Origin: a virus
Taxonomy: Duplodnaviria; Caudoviricetes
Length of the DNA stretch: 29,533 nt
Virus record (IMG/VR): IMGVR_UViG_3300012952_000084
Span: 1 to 29,533 of that record
Strand: one strand, 5' to 3'
Within the stretch, counting starts at the first letter, position 1, and each line of letters begins with the position of its first letter. Of the stretch, positions 1-9,282 are shown piece by piece. The notes under the pieces were generated by a model. The model was not told where the DNA came from and did not search any database. It saw only the letters and a program-made list of their open reading frames with translations. Made by a program: the position numbers and the translations under genes.

Positions 1-195
1 ACGCATCTTGCCGTCAAACAATTCATCAAACGAATAGTCCATGACCGATGCATCGCGCATCCATTTATAAATCTTATCCGAGACATCGCGAGAAATCTCA
101 TTAAGTATTTCTAAATTTTCTTGAAGTTGGGAAGGTTTATTTTTACGCTCGGCGGAGCTTACGAAATCTTTCCACAGACTATAAAACTTTTCCAT
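1..195 (-). CDS. N-terminal part of an uncharacterised phage protein (runs off the window start); carries the WKxF / LxE tag
   Basis: Not in the ORF track. Manual translation from ATG at 195: MEKFYSLWKDFVSSAERKNKPSQLQENLEILNEISRDVSDKIYKWMRDASVMDYSFDELFDGKMR, open to the edge. ACTATTTAT motif upstream. Confidence 0.75.
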   Translation of the reverse strand, partial: MEKFYSLWKDFVSSAERKNKPSQLQENLEILNEISRDVSDKIYKWMRDASVMDYSFDELFDGKMR

Positions 196-222
196 TAATA
201 GTTTCCACCATGTAGTACGCTA

Positions 223-231
223 ATAAATAGT
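223..231 (-). promoter_or_regulatory. Candidate phage late promoter ACTATTTAT
   Basis: Same motif recurs upstream of the genes starting at 4315, 7706 and 10513. Confidence 0.5.
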
Positions 232-266
232 CTTTTAAGAGCGATAAAACAAAAAAAAGAGAGACA

Positions 267-605
267 TTATGTCTCTCTTTGGTAGTCGTCCTCAAGTCTA
301 ACTACATCATCAATTTCTGGCGTACTCACTTCAATCAACTCTACATCCGAATACGGTGCACAGAATCTATGAATTTCTTTTGGCTTGATCCTATAGGCAT
401 GACCTTCCGGAATTTGTATCTCTATATCCTTAGGGCCTAATATTATTTGCAACTTTCCGCTTAGCACATAAATTGTTTCGTCCTTCACTTCGTGATATTG
501 TTTTGATAGTCGATGACCCTTATTTATGTGCAGAATCTTGCCTAAATACTTTTCATTAATCGCCCACCTAATTTCGTGACCCCAAGGTTTCTCAACCTTT
601 ACCAT
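267..605 (-). CDS. Cupin protein, mannose-6-phosphate isomerase type II C-terminal-like
   Basis: KPWG, LSKQYHEVKDET, IHRF, EVSTPEIDDVVRLEDDY motifs; GAGG RBS. Confidence 0.85.
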   Translation of the reverse strand: MVKVEKPWGHEIRWAINEKYLGKILHINKGHRLSKQYHEVKDETIYVLSGKLQIILGPKDIEIQIPEGHAYRIKPKEIHRFCAPYSDVELIEVSTPEIDDVVRLEDDYQRET

Positions 606-658
606 GTTTACCTCGCTGTTTATTTATTTAATATCTGTATTGTACAGTCTGTTAATTT

Positions 659-666
659 CTACTTAT
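659..666 (+). promoter_or_regulatory. Candidate late promoter variant CTACTTAT
   Basis: 6 nt upstream of the in-frame ATG at 673; similar spacing to the copies at 4323 and 7714. Confidence 0.4.
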
Positions 667-672
667 ATTACC

Positions 673-1275
673 ATGAGTAAGAATATGAAAAAGCTTCAAC
701 TCAAAGCAGAGTATCTCTTGTTAGAACACTCGGAAGTAGAAGAGTTGTTTGCTGATTATAGCAAAATATTTAATGAAGATTTTGTCGAAGAGCATGCCTT
801 TTTAGCAGCCAAGGCTGAAGCTGCTGGGATAGTCAGTCAAGATTCGCCGGATAGTGACCGTAAAGAAGATGCTAATGCAGATGGAAAGCCGACTATTTCA
901 GAAGATCTGCAAAAAATATATCGACTCATAGCTAAAAAAACTCATCCGGATGTCTGCAAAGTGGAAGAGCACCGCAAACTTTTTGGAGAAGCTGCCGCGG
1001 CATACGCTTCGGGCGACTGGATTACTCTAATATCGATTTCCAACACTTTGCGCCTAACGATTCCCAAATTGAGTCGAGAGACTATCCAACTAATAAACGA
1101 AAGCTCGGAAAAATGGTTTGAGGAAATAAAATCCATAAAAAATCGTTTGCCATGGGTCTGGGTAACTGTTGGTCAGAAAGATCTCTTGCTCAGAACGAAA
1201 ATACGAGCATGCATGGGCATAAACGAGCAAGAGTTTGCAGAGTGGAAAGCTGCTAATCAGATAACTGATAAATAA
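673..1275 (+). CDS. J-domain (DnaJ-like, HPD) protein
   Basis: LQKIYRLIAKKTHPDV matches J-domain helix II plus HPD. Start at 673 (MSKNMKK) is preferred over 604, which overlaps the divergent gene. This is the only credible + strand gene. Confidence 0.7.
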   Translation: MSKNMKKLQLKAEYLLLEHSEVEELFADYSKIFNEDFVEEHAFLAAKAEAAGIVSQDSPDSDRKEDANADGKPTISEDLQKIYRLIAKKTHPDVCKVEEHRKLFGEAAAAYASGDWITLISISNTLRLTIPKLSRETIQLINESSEKWFEEIKSIKNRLPWVWVTVGQKDLLLRTKIRACMGINEQEFAEWKAANQITDK

Positions 1276-1553
1276 GGAATTCCAGGGGGGAGATCTCCCG
1301 CTACTATTCCGCCGTGCTTGGCCACAACAAGAGCCACTCGTTCAGCAGGCACCCAAGCATACACAGTCTCCGTGGGCCTGTCTGGATCTTCTGCCCAGTC
1401 CATCAGCAAAGGCTCTCTTCTGTTAGGAAATCCGACCTCAACTTCGCTGTATTTGTCCGCATTTGTAACTCGCGGCTCACAGTATGCAGTTTTGTTAGCC
1501 TGCACGCTCATGCTAAACCCATCTGCGCAAAGAATTTTTTTGTTAAGTTTCAT
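1257..1553 (-). CDS. Hypothetical phage protein
   Basis: Protein-like ORF (CADGFSMSVQA...YCEPR...EVGFP) abutting the upstream gene. Confidence 0.7.
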   Translation of the reverse strand: MKLNKKILCADGFSMSVQANKTAYCEPRVTNADKYSEVEVGFPNRREPLLMDWAEDPDRPTETVYAWVPAERVALVVAKHGGIVAGDLPPGIPYLSVI

Positions 1554-1901
1554 CTATGTTCTCCATAAAAGTTGTATTGCAACAATCGCGAACGAGAGCA
1601 GAACACATATCAGCGTCTTGGGCGTGAACATACTCTCGTTCATAAAGTGCCATGTTAGAATTGGAAATGTCAAATACGACATACCAAAAATTAAAAGGCG
1701 TGGGCCCCAAAGTTCATTCATTTCCCCCACAACCATTCTAACCCCGTACCAAAAGCAGAAGCTAGCGGGTATAGAAAAGATAAGTATTGCCGGGATAGGC
1801 TTGTCTCTCCACCAATCCCAAACAAACTGAGAATTCAACTGGAACCACACCAGTGTCTGCCCGATAACGAATAGCAAACAGCCTATTAGAATGTTGAACA
1901 A
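1554..1901 (-). CDS. Small four-TM membrane protein, SMR/DMT-like
   Basis: Four hydrophobic segments in 115 aa; the C-terminal FMNESMFTPKTLICVLL pattern resembles DMT/SMR helices 3-4. TTG start. Confidence 0.55.
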   Translation of the reverse strand: MFNILIGCLLFVIGQTLVWFQLNSQFVWDWWRDKPIPAILIFSIPASFCFWYGVRMVVGEMNELWGPRLLIFGMSYLTFPILTWHFMNESMFTPKTLICVLLSFAIVAIQLLWRT

Positions 1902-2117
1902 CTACGCGCCCCGTCTTGAATGAACAACAGATATAATCTTGTTTGGCATGTGCGTACCTGTTTGGTGATCACCCTTTACCATGGCCACCACAAGATAGCC
2001 GGGCAAAAGCTCATTAGCCTGATTGTGCGCCTCTTCGCTATCGTGAGCCAGAGAGTCGAACACATGGTGTTCAGCTTTTTCTGTCGTCAAATTGATGGCG
2101 ATAACGGTCCAAATCAT
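1902..2117 (-). CDS. Hypothetical protein
   Basis: Tiles between neighbours with an ATGA overlap. Confidence 0.6.
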   Translation of the reverse strand: MIWTVIAINLTTEKAEHHVFDSLAHDSEEAHNQANELLPGYLVVAMVKGDHQTGTHMPNKIISVVHSRRGA

Positions 2118-2428
2118 GTCTGCTCCTCGTCATTGTTGTCTATATCTTGCAAATAAAGCTCAAGTTCCGTGAATCCCCCAATGAGCACTTGGTGCTTTGC
2201 GTTATGTAGATCTCTCTCCACAACAATCGGCACAGTTTGCTGGTGCCAACGATTTTTTGTCTCAGTTAATAGGGGACCAGACACGGGAGAAAAGATATAA
2301 CCAACATTCTTCGTCTCTAAAAGTCCGATGGCTTTAACGCAAAATGGGCAGCTAACGCGACCATGTACTATAAAATAGCGACTACTTCCCACGCTATCCT
2401 CGCAACAACTGCTTGGAGCCGTGTACAT
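2114..2428 (-). CDS. Glutaredoxin-like protein
   Basis: CPFC active site, TVP cis-Pro motif, IGGFTEL. True start uncertain. Confidence 0.85.
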   Translation of the reverse strand: MYTAPSSCCEDSVGSSRYFIVHGRVSCPFCVKAIGLLETKNVGYIFSPVSGPLLTETKNRWHQQTVPIVVERDLHNAKHQVLIGGFTELELYLQDIDNNDEEQT

Positions 2429-2693
2429 TTATCTTATTTTCAATCGCCGTAGGCGTCCCAATTACGGTGATATCGATACCGTTCTGTCCGCGGCTTAAGT
2501 GAATCTTAGTAAAAGATTGCCTATCATCCAAATCAGCCGGGAAGCGTCCTTCGGTCAAGTGCTGCTTCGCCATGTGATCCTCGCGAATTGCAACAACATG
2601 TTGCGGATTAATAAAGACCTCATGCAATTCATACGATTCAGCATTAGAACCTGTATAGCGCCGGCTAGCCCTGATTTCTGTTAATTTAATCAT
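2394..2693 (-). CDS. Hypothetical protein, FlbD-like
   Basis: MIKLT...VFINPQHVVAIRE...TKIHL...TPTAIENKI resembles the FlbD family pattern. Confidence 0.5.
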   Translation of the reverse strand: MIKLTEIRASRRYTGSNAESYELHEVFINPQHVVAIREDHMAKQHLTEGRFPADLDDRQSFTKIHLSRGQNGIDITVIGTPTAIENKINVHGSKQLLRG

Positions 2694-2937
2694 CTGTCAA
2701 TTCTCGCTCTTGTAGTTCATCTGTGTTGTTGTAGGGATAGACATGTTTCGATTTTACCGTCCACCTTTTTCCGTTCAAAAGAAGACAAAAATGGTATGAG
2801 TCACTTTGCTCTAAAAAAAGAGCAGCTGTTGGCCTCTCTGTCTTATAATAGCTGCTGTCACCGTTAATTATGTTAAATAAGATTACATCTTGGGGCACAT
2901 AGCACAAATCGCCCTTGGTGAAATAAGGTGATATCAC
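2686..2937 (-). CDS. Hypothetical protein
   Basis: Tiles in the operon; GTG start with GAGG RBS. Confidence 0.6.
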   Translation of the reverse strand: MISPYFTKGDLCYVPQDVILFNIINGDSSYYKTERPTAALFLEQSDSYHFCLLLNGKRWTVKSKHVYPYNNTDELQERELTDD

Positions 2938-3389
2938 TACTCCTCCCCGGGGCCATGTACTCTCGCATCTTCTTCTTGCTTCTGCATCGCGTCGGAAACT
3001 ACCTGCTCAAGCTCGGCTACGGCTTCGGCCGCCATTTCCATTGAAGTTGCAGCATCATCAGGCTCTTCGTCGGAAAGAGCCGGCGGCGGGTTCGTTACAA
3101 CATCATACCAGCCTCCCAGCAGAGCAGCGCAATCTTGCAAACGACGATCAACGCTAGCCAAGGTACTTCGGCTACTTTGAATTAGGCGAACGACCTCGCC
3201 CACAGCCTTATAGTTATGTTCAGGTTCTTCAGATATCGCGCAGCGAGATGTTGGCTCTTCTGTCGCGGCCAGTGCAGCTTGAACTGCCTCTAGAGTTGCG
3301 CAAGCGCGCTGTACTAGAGACGCAATTTCATCCGGCACGGAATCGATCGATACCGAATATGTAAAGTTGACTCTTTGATGAGGGTCCAT
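2937..3389 (-). CDS. Hypothetical helical/acidic protein
   Basis: GGAG RBS; first gene after a consensus promoter. Confidence 0.7.
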   Translation of the reverse strand: MDPHQRVNFTYSVSIDSVPDEIASLVQRACATLEAVQAALAATEEPTSRCAISEEPEHNYKAVGEVVRLIQSSRSTLASVDRRLQDCAALLGGWYDVVTNPPPALSDEEPDDAATSMEMAAEAVAELEQVVSDAMQKQEEDARVHGPGEE

Positions 3390-3411
3390 TTAGTTCTCCA
3401 TATTATATTTA

Positions 3412-3440
3412 ATTATAGCGTATATCGTTACGCTTGTCAA
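3412..3440 (-). promoter_or_regulatory. Sigma70-type promoter, perfect consensus
   Basis: TTGACA (3440-3435), 17 nt, TATAAT (3417-3412). Confidence 0.85.
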
Positions 3441-4039
3441 CGAGTTTTTTTAAGATATCTTTCTTCTATAACAAGCGGCACTTCGCTGTTAAATGGCAAA
3501 ACCATGTGTCTTTTGGCACCGGTGGCCATGCTGACAATTGGTGCTGCAGAAAGTTTTAAGATTATCATTGGTTGATTCAAAAAGGTCTGTAATTCTAGTT
3601 TTCTTGCGGCCGGAGTTCTTATATAAACGGTATCGCCCGTTGAAAATTCCGACTCACTACTATACTCTGCTAACAATATAGCAGAATACTTGTTGTTTGT
3701 CAACCTATTATATTGACTTTCTGTCGGTATAAAATCACTGTTAGTTAAAATTCTATGTGCCAGATCATTGTAATAGGGCGGGTTTGCAATATAGTACTTA
3801 GCGCATACTTCTGCTAGCTCTCTCTTTTTCTTATTCCACTTTTTTGTCCACGAATTAGTCGGGGCGTTTTCAGAATAATTCTCCCTTATAGATTTCAAAG
3901 CATTAATTTGTTTAATTGAGAGCTGACCTTTATCGTCATAGGATTTTAAAGACAATACGAAGCTGCGAGTTCTTGGACTCAAATCATAGTCATTCAACAA
4001 CTCTTCTATAATCTCATAGTTGGCTCGTTCGTATTCCAT
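3437..4039 (-). CDS. Hypothetical phage protein
   Basis: 200-aa ORF tiling with neighbours. Confidence 0.75.
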   Translation of the reverse strand: MEYERANYEIIEELLNDYDLSPRTRSFVLSLKSYDDKGQLSIKQINALKSIRENYSENAPTNSWTKKWNKKKRELAEVCAKYYIANPPYYNDLAHRILTNSDFIPTESQYNRLTNNKYSAILLAEYSSESEFSTGDTVYIRTPAARKLELQTFLNQPMIILKLSAAPIVSMATGAKRHMVLPFNSEVPLVIEERYLKKTR

Positions 4040-4315
4040 CTAACCAGCAACGATCATGGCCTCCCAAATCTGCTTAGCAGCTAACATAAGTATTCCCGAA
4101 ATCAAAATCCACTGTATTTTGGCTGTACTTTCCTTCCACTGTTCCAAAGCTCGGATTCTAGCATAAAGACCCTCGTCTGGGTTATAGACGGCATCTTTAA
4201 TCTTGGAGATGTCTTCACACATCCGCTCTTGGTTTTGACCCAAGACTTCGATGCCGATAAGCAGTCTTTCCAACTTAGAGTTGAGTTCGATGAGTGTTTC
4301 AGAATGGTCTTGCAT
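4040..4315 (-). CDS. Coiled-coil protein with C-terminal TM helix (XhlA/holin-like)
   Basis: Heptad-rich N-terminus followed by IQWILISGILMLAA. Confidence 0.55.
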   Translation of the reverse strand: MQDHSETLIELNSKLERLLIGIEVLGQNQERMCEDISKIKDAVYNPDEGLYARIRALEQWKESTAKIQWILISGILMLAAKQIWEAMIVAG

Positions 4316-4322
4316 AGCACTA

Positions 4323-4331
4323 ATATATAGT
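4323..4331 (-). promoter_or_regulatory. Candidate late promoter ACTATATAT
   Basis: 7 nt upstream of ATG 4315, with no RBS in between. Confidence 0.5.
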
Positions 4332-4342
4332 AAACAAGATGG

Positions 4343-5914
4343 TTAAATTACCTGGATGATGGCATGATTTGTAGTCAACAGTGTGCTCGCAGCGGAAGTT
4401 GCATTTTGCAGCGCGCAACGAGTAACTTTGACCGGATCAATAATCCCCGCTTCGATCAAATTTACGATCTCGCCTGTGGAAAAGTTATATCCGTGATGTA
4501 TATCTGCTTCTGTCAAGTTGTTGACAATTATGTCTGGCGACTCGCCGCAGTTCGTTGCCATCTGGCGAAGGGGTGCCGAGACAGCTTTCTTAATAATCTC
4601 CACCCCAAGTTGCTGCTGTTCGTTCTCAACCTCAACCTCGATACTATTAGACGCGCGGATGATGGCCACGCCTCCCCCGGGAACAATGCCCTCTAACTGA
4701 GCGGACCTGACGGCCTCTAGCGCATCTTCGATCCTGTGCTTTTTCTCGATCATTTCGATCTCAGTTGGCGCCCCGACATGGATAATTGCTACACCGGATG
4801 CCAGTCTAGAAATTCTTTCCTGAATTCTTTCGCACTCATACAAAGAGTCGGTGTTGGCCAATTCTTGATTTAGACCCTCAATACGCGTTTCTACCGCGTC
4901 ATAATCTCCAGAACCTCCAACGACGGTAGTCCTATTCTTCGTTATCTCGATCGATCGACATCGACCTAGGTGTTCCAATTTAACATCACGAACTCGAAGG
5001 TCCGATGTGCGCGTAACAAATGTTGCACCGGTAGAAAGTGCAAGATCGTTTAAAATGTTCCTGCGCTCTTCTCCGTAGCGTGGCGCTTTTATAGACACAA
5101 CTTTCAGCGTGCCGCGCATTGAATTCATAATTAAAGCAGCCAAAGCTTGGCCCTCGACATTATCACTAACAATGACCAAGGGTCTAGATTCGCGAGACAT
5201 CACCTCTAATACGGGCAACAATTCATCAACCGATGAAATTCCGTGATCTGTCACTAGCAAATAGCAGTCTTCGTGCCTCACTACCCCTCTGCGCTCATCC
5301 GTGATGAACGAGGGGGACATGTACCCAGAATCGAACTGAAAGCCCTCTACGATGTCTAGAGAGGTCTCAATCGACCTCGCCTCTTCGACCTTGATGGCGC
5401 CATCTTTTCCCACAGAATCGACCGCCATAGCGACAAGCTTGCCAATTGTTTTATCCCCGTTGGCAGAAATTGTCGCAACATGCTCAATGTCAACGGTACT
5501 GGATATTGGCTTGGCCATTTCATCCAGATTGTCCACGATCGCTTCAACTGCCTTATCCATCCCTCGCTTAAGTTCGACGGGTGATGCGCCGGCCGTGAGA
5601 TATGCTTGTGCCTGAGTCAGTATGGCCCGGGCCAAAACTGTTGCTGTGGTTGTCCCGTCGCCAGCCGTATTATTAGTTTCAGCTGATGCTTGTTTAATAA
5701 TCTCGGCGCCAGCATTTTCCATGGGGTCTTCGAGAGTTACAAACTGCGCGACCGTGACCCCGTCTTTTGTAATAATTGGGCGTTTGCCGCTCTCTTGTAA
5801 AATAACATTTCGACCTTTTGGGCCTAGGGTGGCAGCAACATTGTCTGCCAAAATGTTAACACCTTTTAAGATTCTCTGGTTCAAGGATGTACCAGAGTCA
5901 TATTTTTTTGTCAA
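4343..5914 (-). CDS. groEL: Chaperonin GroEL (Cpn60), phage type
   Basis: TLGPKGRN, ITKDGVTVA, AGDGTTTATVLA, ATISANGD, GIVPGGG, GIIDPVKV. TTG start with GAGGTG RBS. No C-terminal GGM tail. Confidence 0.97.
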   Translation of the reverse strand: MTKKYDSGTSLNQRILKGVNILADNVAATLGPKGRNVILQESGKRPIITKDGVTVAQFVTLEDPMENAGAEIIKQASAETNNTAGDGTTTATVLARAILTQAQAYLTAGASPVELKRGMDKAVEAIVDNLDEMAKPISSTVDIEHVATISANGDKTIGKLVAMAVDSVGKDGAIKVEEARSIETSLDIVEGFQFDSGYMSPSFITDERRGVVRHEDCYLLVTDHGISSVDELLPVLEVMSRESRPLVIVSDNVEGQALAALIMNSMRGTLKVVSIKAPRYGEERRNILNDLALSTGATFVTRTSDLRVRDVKLEHLGRCRSIEITKNRTTVVGGSGDYDAVETRIEGLNQELANTDSLYECERIQERISRLASGVAIIHVGAPTEIEMIEKKHRIEDALEAVRSAQLEGIVPGGGVAIIRASNSIEVEVENEQQQLGVEIIKKAVSAPLRQMATNCGESPDIIVNNLTEADIHHGYNFSTGEIVNLIEAGIIDPVKVTRCALQNATSAASTLLTTNHAIIQVI

Positions 5915-5939
5915 TTGACACCTCTAAGTTTGTTGTTTA

Positions 5940-7706
5940 TTATTCTTTAGTGGCCGCGGCCTGTTGCATATCTTGTTCGTGGTATTCTTGGGCGCCGGCC
6001 TTAATCTCGTCTGCGGTGCTGGCTGCCTCAAGCGCAGAGCTTTTATTCCCGCCAATAAAATATCCATTAATCTGTTGCGATAGCGTTTGCACTTTCTTGA
6101 ACATATCATAAATTTTCTGGTTTAAGATTTCAGCGTATTCTACAGCTAGTGCGCGCACAGCTGCCTTTCCTACATATATTTGACCAATATACCCGAAGCC
6201 GTCTTGTTCCCATCTTTTTTGTCGATAGTATCTGGGGCTTACTACAAACTGTGTTTCTTCTGCGGCACCAGTATATCCAGAAGATTTAGCGATAAGATTC
6301 CAAAAGTCTATTGGGTTTTCTTCGTTTTCTGTTAATTTCGATTTTAATATTTTAACCGATGTGCCGTAGTCTAACCACTCTACGGTAGAAACACGCGCTT
6401 TTCCAGTTTTAGGATCAATATCTTTCTTATCCGGGGTAGTTTTCTGCGTATATGTTGTAGAGGCAATGTCTTTTCTTCTCGGGTCTGCTGGTGGAAGCTC
6501 TGCGTACCTAATGGGTTCGCCGTCCGCATTGACCAGTTCAAGTTTTTTTGGATTCTTTTCAGTGGGGCGGAGTGTGGCGTCGTCGAGCAGCTCTCTAGCA
6601 TATTCAGGAACATAGTTCTTTACAATCTTTCGATATGCCCATGCCGTACCGGGATCGAAACCATTATTACGACCTGCGAGCATTCTCTTCTGATCCTCTG
6701 CAGAAATGGGATCATAAACCTCTTGCTCTGGCTGTACGGCAGGATCTTCATCTGGCTGGCCAAATTCCTCTTTCGGCAGCAGCAACAATTTGGCGTTGTG
6801 CTTATTAGTTACTAAAGCCTCAAAGAATGTTTTAGCAGTAAAGTCAAACTGGAAAAACCTAATAGTTTCGGGCTCCCCTCCCTCGGCGACCTCTTCAGCC
6901 GAAAGCTTTTTTGTAGATTCCATGTCTCTGAACGACTTCAAAACAACAACATAAGTCATTGTTCCGGCTGCGCCTGCTTGACCAACATAGTGCGGGTTAA
7001 CCACCTCTTCACCTGTTTCTGAATCTGTGTATGTCTTTTCAGATCTCCGTGCGCCGGTAGACTGTGCTGTCGGATCAATAAAATGGTCGACCAAGTCTTT
7101 GTAGCTTCCGTGAACATTTCCCGTAGAGCCTGCGGATCCGGCGCCTGTGAGAAGCTTTAGACTAATCGGATTATCGTCTGCGTCGATCAAATCTTGGATT
7201 CCGGCGGTGCCTGCGGGTATTTGAGTGCCGCTTAACAGCGCTGATAGGAATCCTTCAAATGTAAAGCCGGCCGCAGAAGCATTAAAGTGAAGCATGATGT
7301 TGGTTAGCGTGTCGAGAAGCACGATGTGCGTGAGGATCTCTGAAATATCATCAGTTTGAGGCTTCTCTTCTAGAAACTCGGAAATCTTCTCAACCTTTTC
7401 TTTGAGTGTTGAACCGCCGGCGGAGCCCACAAGTCTTGTCAACAGACTCTGGATTATTTCTCGGTCTTCTGAGCCTTGTTGTCCCCACATCTTTTCGGAA
7501 ATTCGAATTCGGGGTATGAAGATTTGAAGATCCTCCTTTTTGTCGGAAGGGTCTTCTTCTGCTGGCGCCACCTGCTCTTGTTCTACAATAAGGCCAGTGG
7601 TAGACTCCATGATTTCTTCAACGAGCTTGAACATATCGTTGATATTTATCTTTTCGGTAGCCGGCTCAAAATACTCGTTTAATAAATTTTGTAGTTCTCT
7701 GTCCAT
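5940..7706 (-). CDS. Uncharacterised 588-aa protein, possible PD-(D/E)xK-like nuclease core, probable virion protein
   Basis: GFTFEGFL...IQDLID...ISLKLL; N-terminal LLNE/IMES/LIVEQ; late-type motif upstream. Confidence 0.5.
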   Translation of the reverse strand: MDRELQNLLNEYFEPATEKININDMFKLVEEIMESTTGLIVEQEQVAPAEEDPSDKKEDLQIFIPRIRISEKMWGQQGSEDREIIQSLLTRLVGSAGGSTLKEKVEKISEFLEEKPQTDDISEILTHIVLLDTLTNIMLHFNASAAGFTFEGFLSALLSGTQIPAGTAGIQDLIDADDNPISLKLLTGAGSAGSTGNVHGSYKDLVDHFIDPTAQSTGARRSEKTYTDSETGEEVVNPHYVGQAGAAGTMTYVVVLKSFRDMESTKKLSAEEVAEGGEPETIRFFQFDFTAKTFFEALVTNKHNAKLLLLPKEEFGQPDEDPAVQPEQEVYDPISAEDQKRMLAGRNNGFDPGTAWAYRKIVKNYVPEYARELLDDATLRPTEKNPKKLELVNADGEPIRYAELPPADPRRKDIASTTYTQKTTPDKKDIDPKTGKARVSTVEWLDYGTSVKILKSKLTENEENPIDFWNLIAKSSGYTGAAEETQFVVSPRYYRQKRWEQDGFGYIGQIYVGKAAVRALAVEYAEILNQKIYDMFKKVQTLSQQINGYFIGGNKSSALEAASTADEIKAGAQEYHEQDMQQAAATKE

Positions 7707-7713
7707 GTTGATA

Positions 7714-7722
7714 ATAATTAGT
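7714..7722 (-). promoter_or_regulatory. Candidate late promoter ACTAATTAT
   Basis: 7 nt upstream of ATG 7706, with no RBS in between. Confidence 0.5.
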
Positions 7723-7724
7723 CT

Positions 7725-8654
7725 CTAATCTTTGAGTTCGTCTAAAAGAGTTGGCAAATCTAGGCCTGCGCAGTCGATTTTTCTCTTGGTAAAGTTATAG
7801 TGATTGCAAAATCCCTTGAACTTGCCCCGATCACAATCTTTGTGTACTCCTGTTTCGACATATCCTGTTTTTGAATTTTTTGGATACTCAAGAGGAATCT
7901 CCAAACCTTTGTGTATAGCATACCACAAGGCTTGCAAAGCTTTAATTTGTACAGGATAAAAATCTAAAAATGGATCTAGTTTTTTACCGTGAACCCATGC
8001 GTGTTCCTGAATTGGTCGTTCTCCGAAGCCATTTTTCTTGTACCAGTTCTGATATTTGATGTAATAACCGTTGCTGATCTCGACGCCGATGCCTTTCTTG
8101 TTTCCTTGTACATGCCCTGCGTGCCATGCGCCATGCTGCGTGTCCAACATTTGATAAATTGTGCCGTCATTGTCGACTAGAAAGTGCACCGAAATCCCTC
8201 TTCGGTTAAGCACCTTTGCACATGATTGAGATGACAAGCAGACATCCCAATGGTTTATAAACATGGTAGGCTTTCGGTCTTCTTGCCCGGAATAATCGTA
8301 ATAATTACCCGAATCTGCTCGAAAGCCCTCTTTTTCATCCCACAAAACTACATCTGGCCAATCAATTTCCAAAAACTTACCATTGTGCACAATATATTTT
8401 TGATCATCGCAACGCTCCCTAGAGCGAACATATGGAGAGCTAGAAGGTTTATAATTTGAAATTTCTGCTTCGCGCTCTGTCCAGATCCTACGATATGTCA
8501 TGGGTCCGACGAGACCATCCGCGGATAAATCGTAACCTTTTTGCCACTTTTTTACAGCTTCAACTAGATCTTCGTCGTTATACTTCTCCCCAAACCACGA
8601 AGGATCCCAGCCTAATTTTGCGGCCGACGATTGGTTATAGAATACCTTGTCCAT
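7725..8654 (-). CDS. Endolysin: peptidoglycan-binding domain plus N-acetylmuramoyl-L-alanine amidase (Amidase_2)
   Basis: AVKKWQ...DGLVGPMT (PG_binding_1); INHW, VHFLV, AWHAG, IGVEI and NH...KIDC (amidase motifs). Confidence 0.9.
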   Translation of the reverse strand: MDKVFYNQSSAAKLGWDPSWFGEKYNDEDLVEAVKKWQKGYDLSADGLVGPMTYRRIWTEREAEISNYKPSSSPYVRSRERCDDQKYIVHNGKFLEIDWPDVVLWDEKEGFRADSGNYYDYSGQEDRKPTMFINHWDVCLSSQSCAKVLNRRGISVHFLVDNDGTIYQMLDTQHGAWHAGHVQGNKKGIGVEISNGYYIKYQNWYKKNGFGERPIQEHAWVHGKKLDPFLDFYPVQIKALQALWYAIHKGLEIPLEYPKNSKTGYVETGVHKDCDRGKFKGFCNHYNFTKRKIDCAGLDLPTLLDELKD

Positions 8655-8660
8655 CGGAAA

Positions 8661-9281
8661 CTAAACCACCTCATCAGCAATGCCATATTCGACGGCCTCT
8701 TCTGCGGTCAGGTACACATTGACATTGCGGCCAATAAGCTTTTTAATAAGCCTCTTGGTCATATCAGTTTCCGACACAATCGCGTCTATATATCGCTCTT
8801 GCAGCCAGCGGATTTCATCCATTTCATTTTCTAAATTGTGGATGGCGCCGATGTGCCCCCCGGTCACACCATGAATCATGGCTCGACAATTCTTTGCGAT
8901 CCGGCGCTCACCCTTGGTTCCTGCAGCCAACAGTAATACTCCTGCTGACATAACTTTTCCGATCGCAACAGTGTGAATCGGGCAGGTTTGTTTAATTAAT
9001 CTCATCGAGTCGTAAATTGCAAACATATCATGAGCGTCGCCGCCCGGTGTAGAAATCATGAACTCGATCGGCAAGTCTACAGGTTGCTGCCCCTGCATGA
9101 CGAAGCCGCTTTCGCGTAGCATGATAAACGCCCCAATGACTTCGGACATCCGCTCTTCGTTAACTTCTCCAAACAAACCGACCGTGCGTAGATCATTTCC
9201 GGTTTGTGCGAGTGTCACGGTACCAGAAGTCTCAGCTTCTTCCTGTTGCTCGACTGACTCGTCTTGTTCACTGATTTTCAT
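8661..9281 (-). CDS. clpP: ClpP-like protease, paralog 1
   Basis: ISTPGG, VMSAG (Ser), MIHG (His), YLTAEEAVEYGIAD. Asn at the expected catalytic Asp position. Confidence 0.9.
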   Translation of the reverse strand: MKISEQDESVEQQEEAETSGTVTLAQTGNDLRTVGLFGEVNEERMSEVIGAFIMLRESGFVMQGQQPVDLPIEFMISTPGGDAHDMFAIYDSMRLIKQTCPIHTVAIGKVMSAGVLLLAAGTKGERRIAKNCRAMIHGVTGGHIGAIHNLENEMDEIRWLQERYIDAIVSETDMTKRLIKKLIGRNVNVYLTAEEAVEYGIADEVV

Positions 9282-9282
9282 G

